Assembly: GCA_002269645.1 (NCBI GenBank) | Contig: NIVC01002071.1 | Span: 1 to 38,470 of the forward strand | Direction: 5' to 3' | DNA: 38,470 bases | From: Macrostomum lignano | Taxonomy: Eukaryota | In this document: piece by piece, positions 10,538 to 19,590 of the stretch | How positions within the stretch are numbered: position 1 is the first letter of the stretch | Layout: each line of letters begins with the position of its first letter | Translations under genes and position numbers: made by a program | Notes under the pieces: generated by a model | Databases searched by the model: none | What the model was told of the DNA's origin: nothing | What the model saw: the letters and a program-made list of their open reading frames with translations, nothing else

Positions 10538-10843
10538 TTAAAAAACCAAACAATTCAATTGCTTAAGAAGTTTCTTGCGCTGATCATTAAACTCAACATA
10601 CTTCCTGATCTCTTTTATTTTTTTAACTAACTTGTCGATTTCATCTTCAATAAATGCTTCTGCAAAAACAATAGCAGTTTCAAGAAAACATTTGCGATCA
10701 CTTAATTTATCAATATATCCATAATCCGGTTCTATTATTCCACAATGTGTACGCACCTCCCTAAAGTTATTTATTTGTATTTCTCTATCAATGCGCTTTA
10801 TTTCATCTTGGTATGCATTTAGGAGAACTTTTATTGCAGCCAT
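10538..10843 (-). CDS. Maverick hypothetical protein (101 aa)
   Basis: ATG in AAAATG context. Last gene of the minus-strand block; its stop is 2 bp from the convergent polB stop. Confidence 0.65.
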   Translation of the reverse strand: MAAIKVLLNAYQDEIKRIDREIQINNFREVRTHCGIIEPDYGYIDKLSDRKCFLETAIVFAEAFIEDEIDKLVKKIKEIRKYVEFNDQRKKLLKQLNCLVF

Positions 10844-10868
10844 TTTCTAGAAAAAAAATTATACAATA

Positions 10869-11609
10869 TTAATTGTAGGGAGGTGCACTTGGAGCATTTG
10901 ATTGAAGATTGAGTGTTGCCGAGTACTCTTTTGGCTTATCAGCTAGACCCAATTTTTCTCTCAGATCTTTTTCTAGTAATTCCTTTTTAATTTTTTCCTT
11001 CGCTGAATGACCAAGTCTACTCTCTTTGAGGATTTTATCAACGACTTCCGAATGGTTAACTTCTTCAGGCGCAACACAGGCGTCTAACAATTGATCTCTT
11101 TTTTCTCTGTATTCTGAATAAATTGCAGCAGCTGCTTGAACCTCTTCAAGAGTTAATCTATAATCATCAACTGCTTTTTGGGAGTAAATATACAATCTCT
11201 CTCTATATTGATTTGCCAGATCTCTGAGAACAATGTATTTTGCCTTCTGCTTTTGGCAATGAATTTTCACAGTTGCAAACAACGACGTGGATTTTACAGC
11301 TTCAAAACCACTCATTGCCCCGATTACTACTCCAATAACTAAGGGATTCAATGTCAGTATCGATGTTGCTATGCCAATTCCTGTAGCAGCCAAGAGACTT
11401 ACATTTCCTGTCACAATGTTGATCCAATTTATCCTGCTACTTTGCCGTTTGTACTTTTTTACCTTTTTGCTATAAATTGTAAGATCTTTAGTAATGCATT
11501 CAATACTGCCTTTGATTTCACCCTTTCTCTGATTGAAATAGTCCCGCTCCCTCAAATCTGCTTCATGCAGCTCAACCACAGGATAGATGTGTTCATTTTT
11601 TTCATTCAT
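10869..11609 (-). CDS. Maverick membrane-associated protein (246 aa) with hydrophobic hairpin and C-terminal PSAPPY
   Basis: Hydrophobic stretch INWINIVTGNVSLLAATGIGIATSILTLNPLVIGVVIGAMSG, followed by KAVDDYRLTLEE. This recalls a recurrent Polinton membrane-protein family (from recall, unverified). TAAAAATG start. Confidence 0.8.
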   Translation of the reverse strand: MNEKNEHIYPVVELHEADLRERDYFNQRKGEIKGSIECITKDLTIYSKKVKKYKRQSSRINWINIVTGNVSLLAATGIGIATSILTLNPLVIGVVIGAMSGFEAVKSTSLFATVKIHCQKQKAKYIVLRDLANQYRERLYIYSQKAVDDYRLTLEEVQAAAAIYSEYREKRDQLLDACVAPEEVNHSEVVDKILKESRLGHSAKEKIKKELLEKDLREKLGLADKPKEYSATLNLQSNAPSAPPYN

Positions 11610-11611
11610 TT

Positions 11612-13021
11612 TTATGTGGCGATTATGTCTAAAATCGGATAAAGTTGAAAGCCTGAAACAATAAGAACGGTTGATCCTTCAGTGGCTGAATTAATATGCA
11701 CTCTATAAACAGAGAATTTTTCGGTGGAAGCTACTTCAAAATATTTCATGACTCCAGGAACTAAACCAGCGTTTTCGGTAGAAAAAATATTCCTAAAGTC
11801 TCTCTTGTTATTGCTCCCTTTCAGAATAAAACTTTTTGGTTGATTTTTTATAATTTCACTACCTACTGCTTTGGTTCCTTTCAATCCGAATTTCCAAATT
11901 TGAATAGACTCGGGAAGTTGTACTTCAATGTAAGAATTGGGTTCATTCCTCGATGCCCATTCTGAATTAGATACTATATAACCCCAATTATCTGACGTTT
12001 CAAATGCTCCTGATGACGCTACATTGAAACCCCTTTCTCTATAGTTTTGACGTGTTGCTAGTGAGGGAATATATCCTGTATAAGATTTGAAACCTAGTCC
12101 CCGCCTTAGTCGCAGCTCCACTGATTCAAGTGCATTGTCTACGTATAGCTTTGGTACAGCTTGAAGTCTATCTATAGGCCACACTAAATCATTAACCACT
12201 GTTTGTCTCTCAAGTAATTCAACTTTTGTAAGCTTTACGGAACCAGAAAAATTAAGAGAATAATGGAAATAATATGAGGGATTGGGTATTTTTTTCCTAA
12301 GATGTGCATTGCCCCTTCGTAGTTCAATGGGTGCACTTTGTTCAACAGGTGTCCAGTTTGTTCCATTTAGGCTCACACTAACAGACCAACCAGGCCACAC
12401 CTCTCCTTCCAACTTTATCTCTACAACTTTCCTAGCTCTTTTCAAAAATTGAAATCGTATCCACTTGTCTGAGTCATCTGCACTGCTCCAATCTGAAGCT
12501 GGGTTTGAATCTGCAACATGATATGCTGCTGAAGAGTTATGAGAAGCGGTCACTTTCATGTCAGAATGGGAAGCGTTTGAAGTCAGTAATGAAAGAATAT
12601 TGACTAATTTCGAACTCTCTGTACCTCCCGCAGTACCTTGCCATTCTGCTAACAAAGTGTCAATCTCAGTTTTAGAATACATCTTAGTGTCAATCTCAGT
12701 TTTAGAATACATCTTAGTGTCAATCTCAGTTTTAGAATACATCTTAGTGTCAGTTTCGGTTTTTGTGTAGACATTGTTTACGCGCCCATGAGCATCGTCA
12801 ATTAATTGTAGCATGGTGATATTCATTGCGTCACTATCTTCCTTTGAATAAGAGTCTGAAACATTTCTCTTTGCTAACAATAAATTATCTATTTCCTCTC
12901 TCTTATATCCTTCATTTTCATTGATGTATCGATCATCAGCTAACGCTATTGTTATTCCAGGTGCTATATCATTTGAATTTGACGAGTAACCAAATTGATT
13001 GGCAGTATTCTTGTAACTCAT
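11612..13021 (-). CDS. Putative fibre/receptor-binding protein (469 aa): YSKTEIDTKM repeats plus two discoidin (F5/8 type C)-like domains
   Basis: Tandem 10-aa repeats. Segments SDWSSADDSDKWIRFQF and SEWASRNEPNSYIEVQLPESIQIWKFGLKG..PKSFILKGSN follow the discoidin/galactose-binding fold pattern. Confidence 0.75.
   Translation of the reverse strand: MSYKNTANQFGYSSNSNDIAPGITIALADDRYINENEGYKREEIDNLLLAKRNVSDSYSKEDSDAMNITMLQLIDDAHGRVNNVYTKTETDTKMYSKTEIDTKMYSKTEIDTKMYSKTEIDTLLAEWQGTAGGTESSKLVNILSLLTSNASHSDMKVTASHNSSAAYHVADSNPASDWSSADDSDKWIRFQFLKRARKVVEIKLEGEVWPGWSVSVSLNGTNWTPVEQSAPIELRRGNAHLRKKIPNPSYYFHYSLNFSGSVKLTKVELLERQTVVNDLVWPIDRLQAVPKLYVDNALESVELRLRRGLGFKSYTGYIPSLATRQNYRERGFNVASSGAFETSDNWGYIVSNSEWASRNEPNSYIEVQLPESIQIWKFGLKGTKAVGSEIIKNQPKSFILKGSNNKRDFRNIFSTENAGLVPGVMKYFEVASTEKFSVYRVHINSATEGSTVLIVSGFQLYPILDIIAT
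12656..12775. repeat. 30-bp coding tandem repeat (3 near-perfect copies + 1 diverged)
   Basis: AGTGTCAATCTCAGTTTTAGAATACATCTT repeated; encodes YSKTEIDTKM on the minus strand. Confidence 0.9.
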
Positions 13022-13449
13022 TTTAATTGCTGCAAAATTTCGTTATAGCTATCTCCTTTATCGATTCGGTGTAAAAAGTACAGCGACATTTGACCACAAT
13101 ATTTCTTATCAAAAGTTTGAATTTGTTCTTCCATGTCTCCACATATTCTATTCTTTGTGTGATTAAACTTTTCCATAATTTCCAGTGTGGGCGGTAGTGC
13201 ATAGGAATCAAAAAAATAAACCTTATCAGGAGCTGAAAATATAGCTGAATGATGTATACCCCGTTCTTTCGAAGTGTGAATATTTGTCATAAAGTAACCA
13301 TACTGTGGTAAATCAACAATTTCATCTCTCATGGCATAGCGAAATGGTTTTAACTTGAGATATTTTGCCCAATTTATCAGATCAATATTAGTCGTAGTGT
13401 CAGTCCCAAACTTTTGTTTAAATGCATTCCATGTCTCAGCTTCGCTCAT
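13018..13449 (-). CDS. Adenain-like cysteine protease (143 aa)
   Basis: Catalytic order His (RGIHH), Asp (YFFDSY), Gln (QIQ), Cys (YCG). Start placed at the ATG in TAAAAATG (13449) rather than the upstream GTG. Confidence 0.92.
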   Translation of the reverse strand: MSEAETWNAFKQKFGTDTTTNIDLINWAKYLKLKPFRYAMRDEIVDLPQYGYFMTNIHTSKERGIHHSAIFSAPDKVYFFDSYALPPTLEIMEKFNHTKNRICGDMEEQIQTFDKKYCGQMSLYFLHRIDKGDSYNEILQQLK

Positions 13450-13458
13450 TTTTAACAC

Positions 13459-14249
13459 TCATATTTGTCGTACGTGTAGATTTATAAATATTTCCTCGCC
13501 ATCAAAGTCGTATAGAACACCAGACTCATCTTCGATGACAAAGTCGAATGTGCTCAACATGTTTGTAGTTAGTGGTAGGTACACAGGATTTGCAGGCTCT
13601 TGAATAATTTTACTTCCCATTGGGACAGAGAACGATGGAATTGAAAGAAGTATTTGCTTATCAATTAAATGATTTCCATTAGCTGGATCAGTGATAAACC
13701 CCCTTTGATATTTAGACAACGAACCATGATCGCACTTCTAGCTCCGTCTATCCGAGCTGGATTTGGAGCTCTCTCAAATGGTTTCAAATACACTTCCGAA
13801 TTGAATCCCAACAGTCTTCTAAAGTTATTGGAATGTGCATCCCTGAAATCAACTTGATAATCTGTGGCTAACCGTAACTCAACTCTACGCGTGTCTAGGC
13901 TTGCACTGAAAACAATAGCCCCCTCTTTCCAATCATTTGCAGCTGTTAGCAATCTTTGAATCTCGCTTGACAGACTTTTAACTTCCCAAGATCCCGCTTG
14001 AATCTTTATTTTTTTCCATGTTCTACCACTATCCCTCGAGTATCGCAACTCATTATTGCCTCCTTCAATATTGTTAATAGCATCAAAGACTGCAAACTTT
14101 TTTATACCAGCTTCGTATTCTCGATCTTCATACAAATTTATAGGAGTGCCTAGAGTTTGTCGAAATGGGTTTTTAATTGAAAAGAAGTCAAATGTGCGTT
14201 GAAACTTTTTACTCAAGAGGATGTTGACTTTTTCTATTTCTTTTTCCAT
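13459..14249 (-). CDS. Minor capsid (penton-like) protein, split by one frameshift at ~13696-13703
   Basis: ORFs 13665-14249 and 13459-13719 join as IMVRCLNIKGG-FITDPANG if one base is added in the GGGGGTTT run. C-terminus PVYLPL..DFDGEEIFINLHVR fits Polinton minor capsids. Confidence 0.8.
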
Positions 14250-14268
14250 TTTTAAGCAAGTAATTCTG

Positions 14269-14981
14269 CTAGCTCTTTATCAACATTATTATGTCCTTCT
14301 GCTTGGCGGCTAATAAAGTTAACACTCTTTCACTGAGTCCAGATCCCGGTTTTACTCGATATCCTGGTGGATTATCTTTCAATATCCTTACTGCTTGCTT
14401 ATAATTCCCACTTGATTTGGCCGCTGGATTTTTACAATGTTCAATGATGTTAACATAATCCTGCAATGTTTGCATCTTGAATTGCTTCAGCTCTTCACCA
14501 TTTTCAGTTACTTTAGGCATTTTGAACAACTCTTCAAGATCTTCAGAAAATGGCATTCGAAATTCGTTGACAATGATGTCTCGACCTTGTTCATGGAATT
14601 CAACATCTATTACAGATGATCCAAATATATATCCAGCATCAGTTTTTTGAATCCGTATACTAGGCGCTGGTCTTTGAGTTATTGGAATCTTTCCAATTTC
14701 TTCAATTATTTTGTCAAATACTTCTAGGGTTCAAATCGGCCTTTTGGTGTACTTGATTGCGGAACTGGAACTTTTTGATTCTGAAGTTTATCAACAAGGT
14801 TGGCATTGACATCAATAAATTCATCGAGCTTTTCTGTGACAGGTTTTTGAGCTAATGGAGCCACTCTTGCATATAAACTCTCTTCTCCAATTTTCAAATA
14901 GCGTTGAGCATCATTTCTGGATTTGTACATTTCTCGCTGCTTTGCTAAATTAATGAGTTCTCTTATATATTCATTAGTCAT
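14269..14981 (-). CDS. Conserved Maverick hypothetical protein (~237 aa), split by one frameshift at ~14727-14729
   Basis: Adding one C to GAA CCC TAG gives KGRFEP-LEVFDKIIEEIG...YIFGSSVIDVEF..DIIVNEFR, open and in frame into ORF 14269-14556. Confidence 0.7.
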
Positions 14982-14983
14982 TT

Positions 14984-15757
14984 TTACAATGGGATTTTAG
15001 TTAGAACATCCTTATACAAATCTTGCTCATCCTCATCAGCTCTTGTATTTATATAGATATAGCCATACTTCTTTTTCCAAGCCTCTCTACATTTAGCCTT
15101 GAATATAGCGGGTTCATAATTCGTTTCTATATTTCTAGCAATGTGATTTAAGTTTGTATCTTTTTGTTTAAAGATTATGTAACATGTCGTATTCTCCCTG
15201 ACAGTATTGCGATCTAGTTTGGTAAAATTTTGAGCTAGATAAAAACCACAACAGTTTCCATGCCTGCCTCTCTGAAACAGACTTTCCTGAAATGTTTGAT
15301 TAGCCTCTCCCAAAACATCATCCAATATCACACATGTCTTTAGTCCATTATGAAAAATTTCTTCATTTGGAGTATGGGAAAGAGTGACAGGAATTTTCTC
15401 TATTACTTCTGAATTTTCTGATGTGCTTTGCACTCGACCAGGGTTGGCTGCCTCTCGACAAATATGTCTAATATCTTCAGGAGATGCATCCTCACTCACC
15501 TGGTAGACATGATAGAGTGAGTTGATAAGAGAAGGTGGGAGACCATTTTCAAAGCCATATTTTAGAAACTGATACTCTGGATCCATTTGAGATGCTCTGG
15601 GAACATATAAAACTAACTCATTAAAGTCAACTAGTTTTTCAGGACTTGTAAGAATATGGAATAGTAAATATGTTTTACCCGTATTTGTAGCGCCGATAAT
15701 ACAACATAAAAGAGGATTAGGGAAAATAGGATCATGCCGAAATTTTACTTTGGGCAT
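14984..15757 (-). CDS. A32-like (FtsK/HerA) genome packaging ATPase (257 aa)
   Basis: Walker A GATNTGKT, Walker B VILDD, RGRH..FYLAQ and RENTT motifs. Confidence 0.95.
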   Translation of the reverse strand: MPKVKFRHDPIFPNPLLCCIIGATNTGKTYLLFHILTSPEKLVDFNELVLYVPRASQMDPEYQFLKYGFENGLPPSLINSLYHVYQVSEDASPEDIRHICREAANPGRVQSTSENSEVIEKIPVTLSHTPNEEIFHNGLKTCVILDDVLGEANQTFQESLFQRGRHGNCCGFYLAQNFTKLDRNTVRENTTCYIIFKQKDTNLNHIARNIETNYEPAIFKAKCREAWKKKYGYIYINTRADEDEQDLYKDVLTKIPL

Positions 15758-15778
15758 TTAAAAAAAGAAAAAATGACC

Positions 15779-17143
15779 TTATTCGACGCGGGTCATTTGA
15801 TATTCACTGGTAACTTTTATTACATTCTTTGTTTGTTCAAGAATTAGTGCAAAAGCAGTCAGCTCAACATTAGTTGACTTCTTGATAAATAATTGAATAT
15901 TCACTCCACTCTTGACAAGAAACTCATCCTGAGCTGTTAGATCAAAGCAGAATATTGGATAGATTGTTAGAAAGTCTTGTTTATTAAATGGTGGAGTTAC
16001 ACCGAAACGGCTGCAGATGTCCTCGTACATTTCATATGCTCTGTGAATGTCTTGAGCTACTGGATCAATTTCAACATAATCATTCGGATACATCACCTGA
16101 TTTAATCTGACTTGAAGCTGGGTTATTTTCACTGCATTTGCTCCAGTTTTGTAAGACACATACTTGTGATCATTAACTATATATGATGGGTTGTTTACGT
16201 CATATTTGAAAGCTACAAAGATTGCAAGTGGCATATTGGAGATGTTGGCTATGTTCCATGTATATGGACTTCCTTGAATGAGTTGTGGCGGAACCGTTAC
16301 CCTCTCTGGAAATGATACTGTAATGTCCTTGTTGAGTGATTTTAGAAAAGCTGCTTCAGCACTGGGTGACAAAGTAATAGCAGGGATCCAAATCTCAAAG
16401 CTATTAATAGTTAACTTAGCTTCCGTCCCGGCAGCTCCAAAGAAAATTTCAGCATCGTTAGTCTTTCTTGTCCATGTGAATTTATATTTAATTCCTTTGC
16501 TAATCTTCTGCCAATCAAGGAACCCAATGAGGGGTGTTAATGATAGTTTGATTGTTCCACCTCTGTTTGGAGCATTAGTGACATTGTTATAATTTTCAAG
16601 CCTCCTAATGTATCCAGTATTCGAATCCTTCTTATTGAGTCTATTTTTCATAGCGATTGCTGCAGTTCTCACAGCTTCAGCATCTGCGTTGTTTGCTAGA
16701 GCTATATCAGAAACAGTCCCAGCATCTCCAGTGTCTGGAATCCATCCGTATGCTTCTCCAACTTCATTCATCAATTTTGAGTACATTACGGACTTTAAGA
16801 TTGTGTCATACTCTCCAGGATCATTATAGACTTTCTTTGTTCCTCCAATGTCAACTATGAGTTGAGAGAAAAGTCTCATAGGCCAATTATGTTCTAGAGT
16901 AATGTTCGTATTCAAGTCGGTGTTATCTCGTTGTGTTATTGAGTATTTTATACAACCGAATGCCTCTGACATGAGAATGTATGACTCTGTTGAATTGACT
17001 TCATGAACTATTTGACCTCCTGCAACATTGAGATTATTAGTGCTACCTGGTGTTGGAGAAATCTTAATATAGTCTTCTTTCTTTTTGAAAAAGCTAAAAG
17101 TTTTGTCCTCATATAGGTTCAGTATATCCTTTTTGTTCTCCAT
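15779..17143 (-). CDS. Major capsid protein (double jelly-roll, hexon-like; 454 aa)
   Basis: Size, position next to the ATPase, beta-rich composition, and motifs NWPMRLFSQ, LTPLIGFLD, PLAIFVAF and YPIFCFDLT typical of Polinton capsids. Confidence 0.88.
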   Translation of the reverse strand: MENKKDILNLYEDKTFSFFKKKEDYIKISPTPGSTNNLNVAGGQIVHEVNSTESYILMSEAFGCIKYSITQRDNTDLNTNITLEHNWPMRLFSQLIVDIGGTKKVYNDPGEYDTILKSVMYSKLMNEVGEAYGWIPDTGDAGTVSDIALANNADAEAVRTAAIAMKNRLNKKDSNTGYIRRLENYNNVTNAPNRGGTIKLSLTPLIGFLDWQKISKGIKYKFTWTRKTNDAEIFFGAAGTEAKLTINSFEIWIPAITLSPSAEAAFLKSLNKDITVSFPERVTVPPQLIQGSPYTWNIANISNMPLAIFVAFKYDVNNPSYIVNDHKYVSYKTGANAVKITQLQVRLNQVMYPNDYVEIDPVAQDIHRAYEMYEDICSRFGVTPPFNKQDFLTIYPIFCFDLTAQDEFLVKSGVNIQLFIKKSTNVELTAFALILEQTKNVIKVTSEYQMTRVE

Positions 17144-17163
17144 TTTTATACGAGAAATTTCAA

Positions 17164-17616
17164 CTAAGCTTCGTGAGGTCTAAGAATTATCCCATTACCC
17201 TGTTTCTCCTTTTCAACTTTAAAAGTCTTTAGCAGCCACTTGACTGCTTCGCTGGGTACTTGTTCGACTCTTTTAGCCGCATCAACTAACACTCCACTCC
17301 CTTGAGCCTTTTTCAACTCTTCTAGTTTTTGTCGTTCAATGCTTTCTATTGTCTTATTATGCTTAGCATTGTTGGCTGTATTAACACTTTTTGCAATCAT
17401 TGTACCAACTCCGGAGGCTGCTCCGATACCACCCAATATTGCTGGTAGTAAGCCTAATAGAGGAATTATTCCACCTTCATGTTCTTTCTGTTTCTCTTGC
17501 AATTCTCGAATCTTCTCTTTAGAAAGATATTGCTTTTGCTTATTTACAGTAACATATCTTGGTTTTCCCTCTCGAACATATCGATTGAGTCTTGCTTCAG
17601 TGTTTTTCTCGCTCAT
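17164..17616 (-). CDS. Putative virion core protein precursor (150 aa)
   Basis: Basic N-terminus, then HEGG-IIPLLGLLPAILGGIGAASG hydrophobic Gly-rich segment, plus QGSG and QGNG motifs. Adjacent to the major capsid gene. Confidence 0.7.
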   Translation of the reverse strand: MSEKNTEARLNRYVREGKPRYVTVNKQKQYLSKEKIRELQEKQKEHEGGIIPLLGLLPAILGGIGAASGVGTMIAKSVNTANNAKHNKTIESIERQKLEELKKAQGSGVLVDAAKRVEQVPSEAVKWLLKTFKVEKEKQGNGIILRPHEA

Positions 17617-17624
17617 TTTTAAGG

Positions 17625-18047
17625 TCAGAATTTCTTCAAACCATTGCCTTGTCTCAAAGACACTTGAGACTGTTCTGCTGTTCCTAGAGCCTTTTTAACA
17701 ATATCTTGAATAGCCTTATTTGATTGAGAAGCTATCTGTTGCTCTTCTTCCATTCTTTTCTTTGCTTCTTTATCTCTACGTTTCTTTTTAATATATTCCA
17801 GTTCCTCACCTGCTTTAGACATGTCACTGTATGATTTCTTCGCATCGAATATGTTCTTCGCTGTGGTAGCTGTTTTACCTATTGCATCAGCTCCACTCAC
17901 AATTTTACTTCCATGATTTGATAAAAAGTTTGTGACACCACTGATCATATCACCAATTCCTTCACCCTCTTTATCAGCTAGTAGTTGTGAATCAGACGTT
18001 TCAATCTGACCTTTCGCCCGTTTGCAGTTTGTTCGATAGGCGCTCAT
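17625..18047 (-). CDS. Putative virion core/membrane-active protein precursor (140 aa)
   Basis: Start at TAAAAATG (18047, MSAYRT). EGEG is followed by amphipathic IGDMISGVTNFLSNHG, then a K/E-rich coil and terminal QGNGLKKF. Confidence 0.7.
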   Translation of the reverse strand: MSAYRTNCKRAKGQIETSDSQLLADKEGEGIGDMISGVTNFLSNHGSKIVSGADAIGKTATTAKNIFDAKKSYSDMSKAGEELEYIKKKRRDKEAKKRMEEEQQIASQSNKAIQDIVKKALGTAEQSQVSLRQGNGLKKF

Positions 18048-19354
18048 TTTTAGTTGAAAAATTTGCTGGTAGAAGCTGGGATTTGTAAAATGATCCAATG
18101 ATTTCTTCTCCATTCTCATCCTCAATAATGTAGGTTATGGGATTGGAGTAAACTATTTTCTTTATCCTAAACACTTCTGAAATTTTCCAATATCCTCTTC
18201 GACCCTTTTCAAAGTGCTCCTTATATCTATAGATATGAACTTTGTCACCTACTTTGAAGTTTGGTTTCTCATTTGAATACTCGAAAGTTGGCTTTGGTAC
18301 TCGCTCAGGATGTTTAGATGCTTCTGAAGGAGTTATCAGAATCTCAGAATGGATTGTGTTGTTGTATTTTTCAACAATAGCTGGCAATGTGTGGAGCCAC
18401 TTCTGATTACCCTGTAGATCGAATTCAAACCAGAGTTTATTTGTGAGAGTACGATTGAACCTCTCAATCATTGCATTCTTAGACTCACCATAAATTGAAA
18501 CATCTTGTTAATATACTCCCCTTTCATCTTTCTTTCTATGTCGTCTTTTGAAAACGAGTATAGCTTGTACATATGCTGATTATAAAACTCCTTGCCTTCA
18601 TCTACACAAAGTCTCTCTGATCGTCTTCCTGATTCCTTAAATACTTTTTGGAAAGCTTCTGCAACTTCCGCTCCCGTCTTTGTTTTTAAAGGAACTGCCC
18701 AGGCGTAACGTGTAAAACCATCTATGATAGTGAGAGCATATTTGTAACCTCTTTCGGGTGGTAGGATAATGATATCTGCATGCCAAATTGTGTCTTTTGC
18801 ATAGTGAATCATTTTTCTAAACAGTCTTGGTTTTCTATATTCCCTATGCAATTTTACTGCATCTTCATAGCTAAGACCCTTACCATAAATTGTTAGACAG
18901 TCTATACAATTGTTGGGGTTGTGAGTATGAATTCCTAATCCAAACCGAACTTTAGCATTGATAATACGCTTTATTAGATTTCTAATGAGTCTCTCCTTTA
19001 CCGACAAGTCGCTGGTTGGAATAGCATCTAAATCAGCTATCATTTTTTCATCAGCAATATGCTTCTTTGCTAGGGCTTCCTCTGGAGTTGAAGACGTCTT
19101 TTCAGCATCTCTATAGCTTTTGTCATGATAGTAAGCAGTCCAATCAATTGGATTAATTGGTAGACTATCATACCGAGGCCAGTCTGTAATTGGATTGAGT
19201 CTCTTGTCTAAATTTGTACCTGGGCCAGTGAAAGAATACCCTGGAATATGAAATTCGCCAGGATATTTTCCAGTGCGAAGATGGGTGGTAGTTTTGTTAT
19301 AGCTGACTGAATATCCAATGCAGAACCTAGAAATAATGGTTTACTGAAGGCCAT
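18001..19354 (-). CDS. PLA2-integrase fusion: parvovirus-type phospholipase A2 domain plus retroviral-type (rve) DDE integrase; frameshifts at ~19283 and ~18498
   Basis: Frame upstream of ORF 18468-19043 stays open and reads HIPGYSFTGPGT..PINPIDWTAYYHDKSY..ADEKM. DDE residues in WHADII, CVDEGKEF and IERFNRTL. ATG at 19354 in TAAAAATG context, one frame off. Confidence 0.85.
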
Positions 19355-19387
19355 TTTTATAAAAATAAATTTAAGTAATCTACAGAC

Positions 19388-19590
19388 TTAGGCTGCGTTA
19401 ACTGCTGTAGCAATAGAGCCTGCTGCTGCACCTGCCTGTTCTATGAAAGGTAGATTTGTCTTTTACTAAGTTGGATATGGTGCTTATAGTATCAAAAAAG
19501 ACCTTCTCCATTATACTCTAGTGGTTCGCCTATTGTATAGTCTCTTATCTTGCATGATTCTGTAACGTGGTGCGCTTCGTGTCTTTTTAG
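19388..19590 (-). pseudogene. Disrupted paralogue of the 17625-18047 core protein
   Basis: With several single-base indels it reads YNGEGLFDTISTISNLVKDNLPFIEQAGAAAGSIATAVNAA, parallel to EGEGIGDMISGVTNFL..ADAIGKTATTAKN. Confidence 0.45.

Noticed and set aside
18048-18125. Extended N-terminus (MRMRMEKK..) of ORF 17625-18125
   Set aside because: Overlaps the integrase C-terminus; the ATG at 18047 has the element's TAAAAATG signature.
13696-19285. Programmed -1 ribosomal frameshifting at the split genes
   Set aside because: No canonical X XXY YYZ slippery heptamer in the right frame was found at these sites, and several unrelated genes are affected alike; assembly error is simpler.
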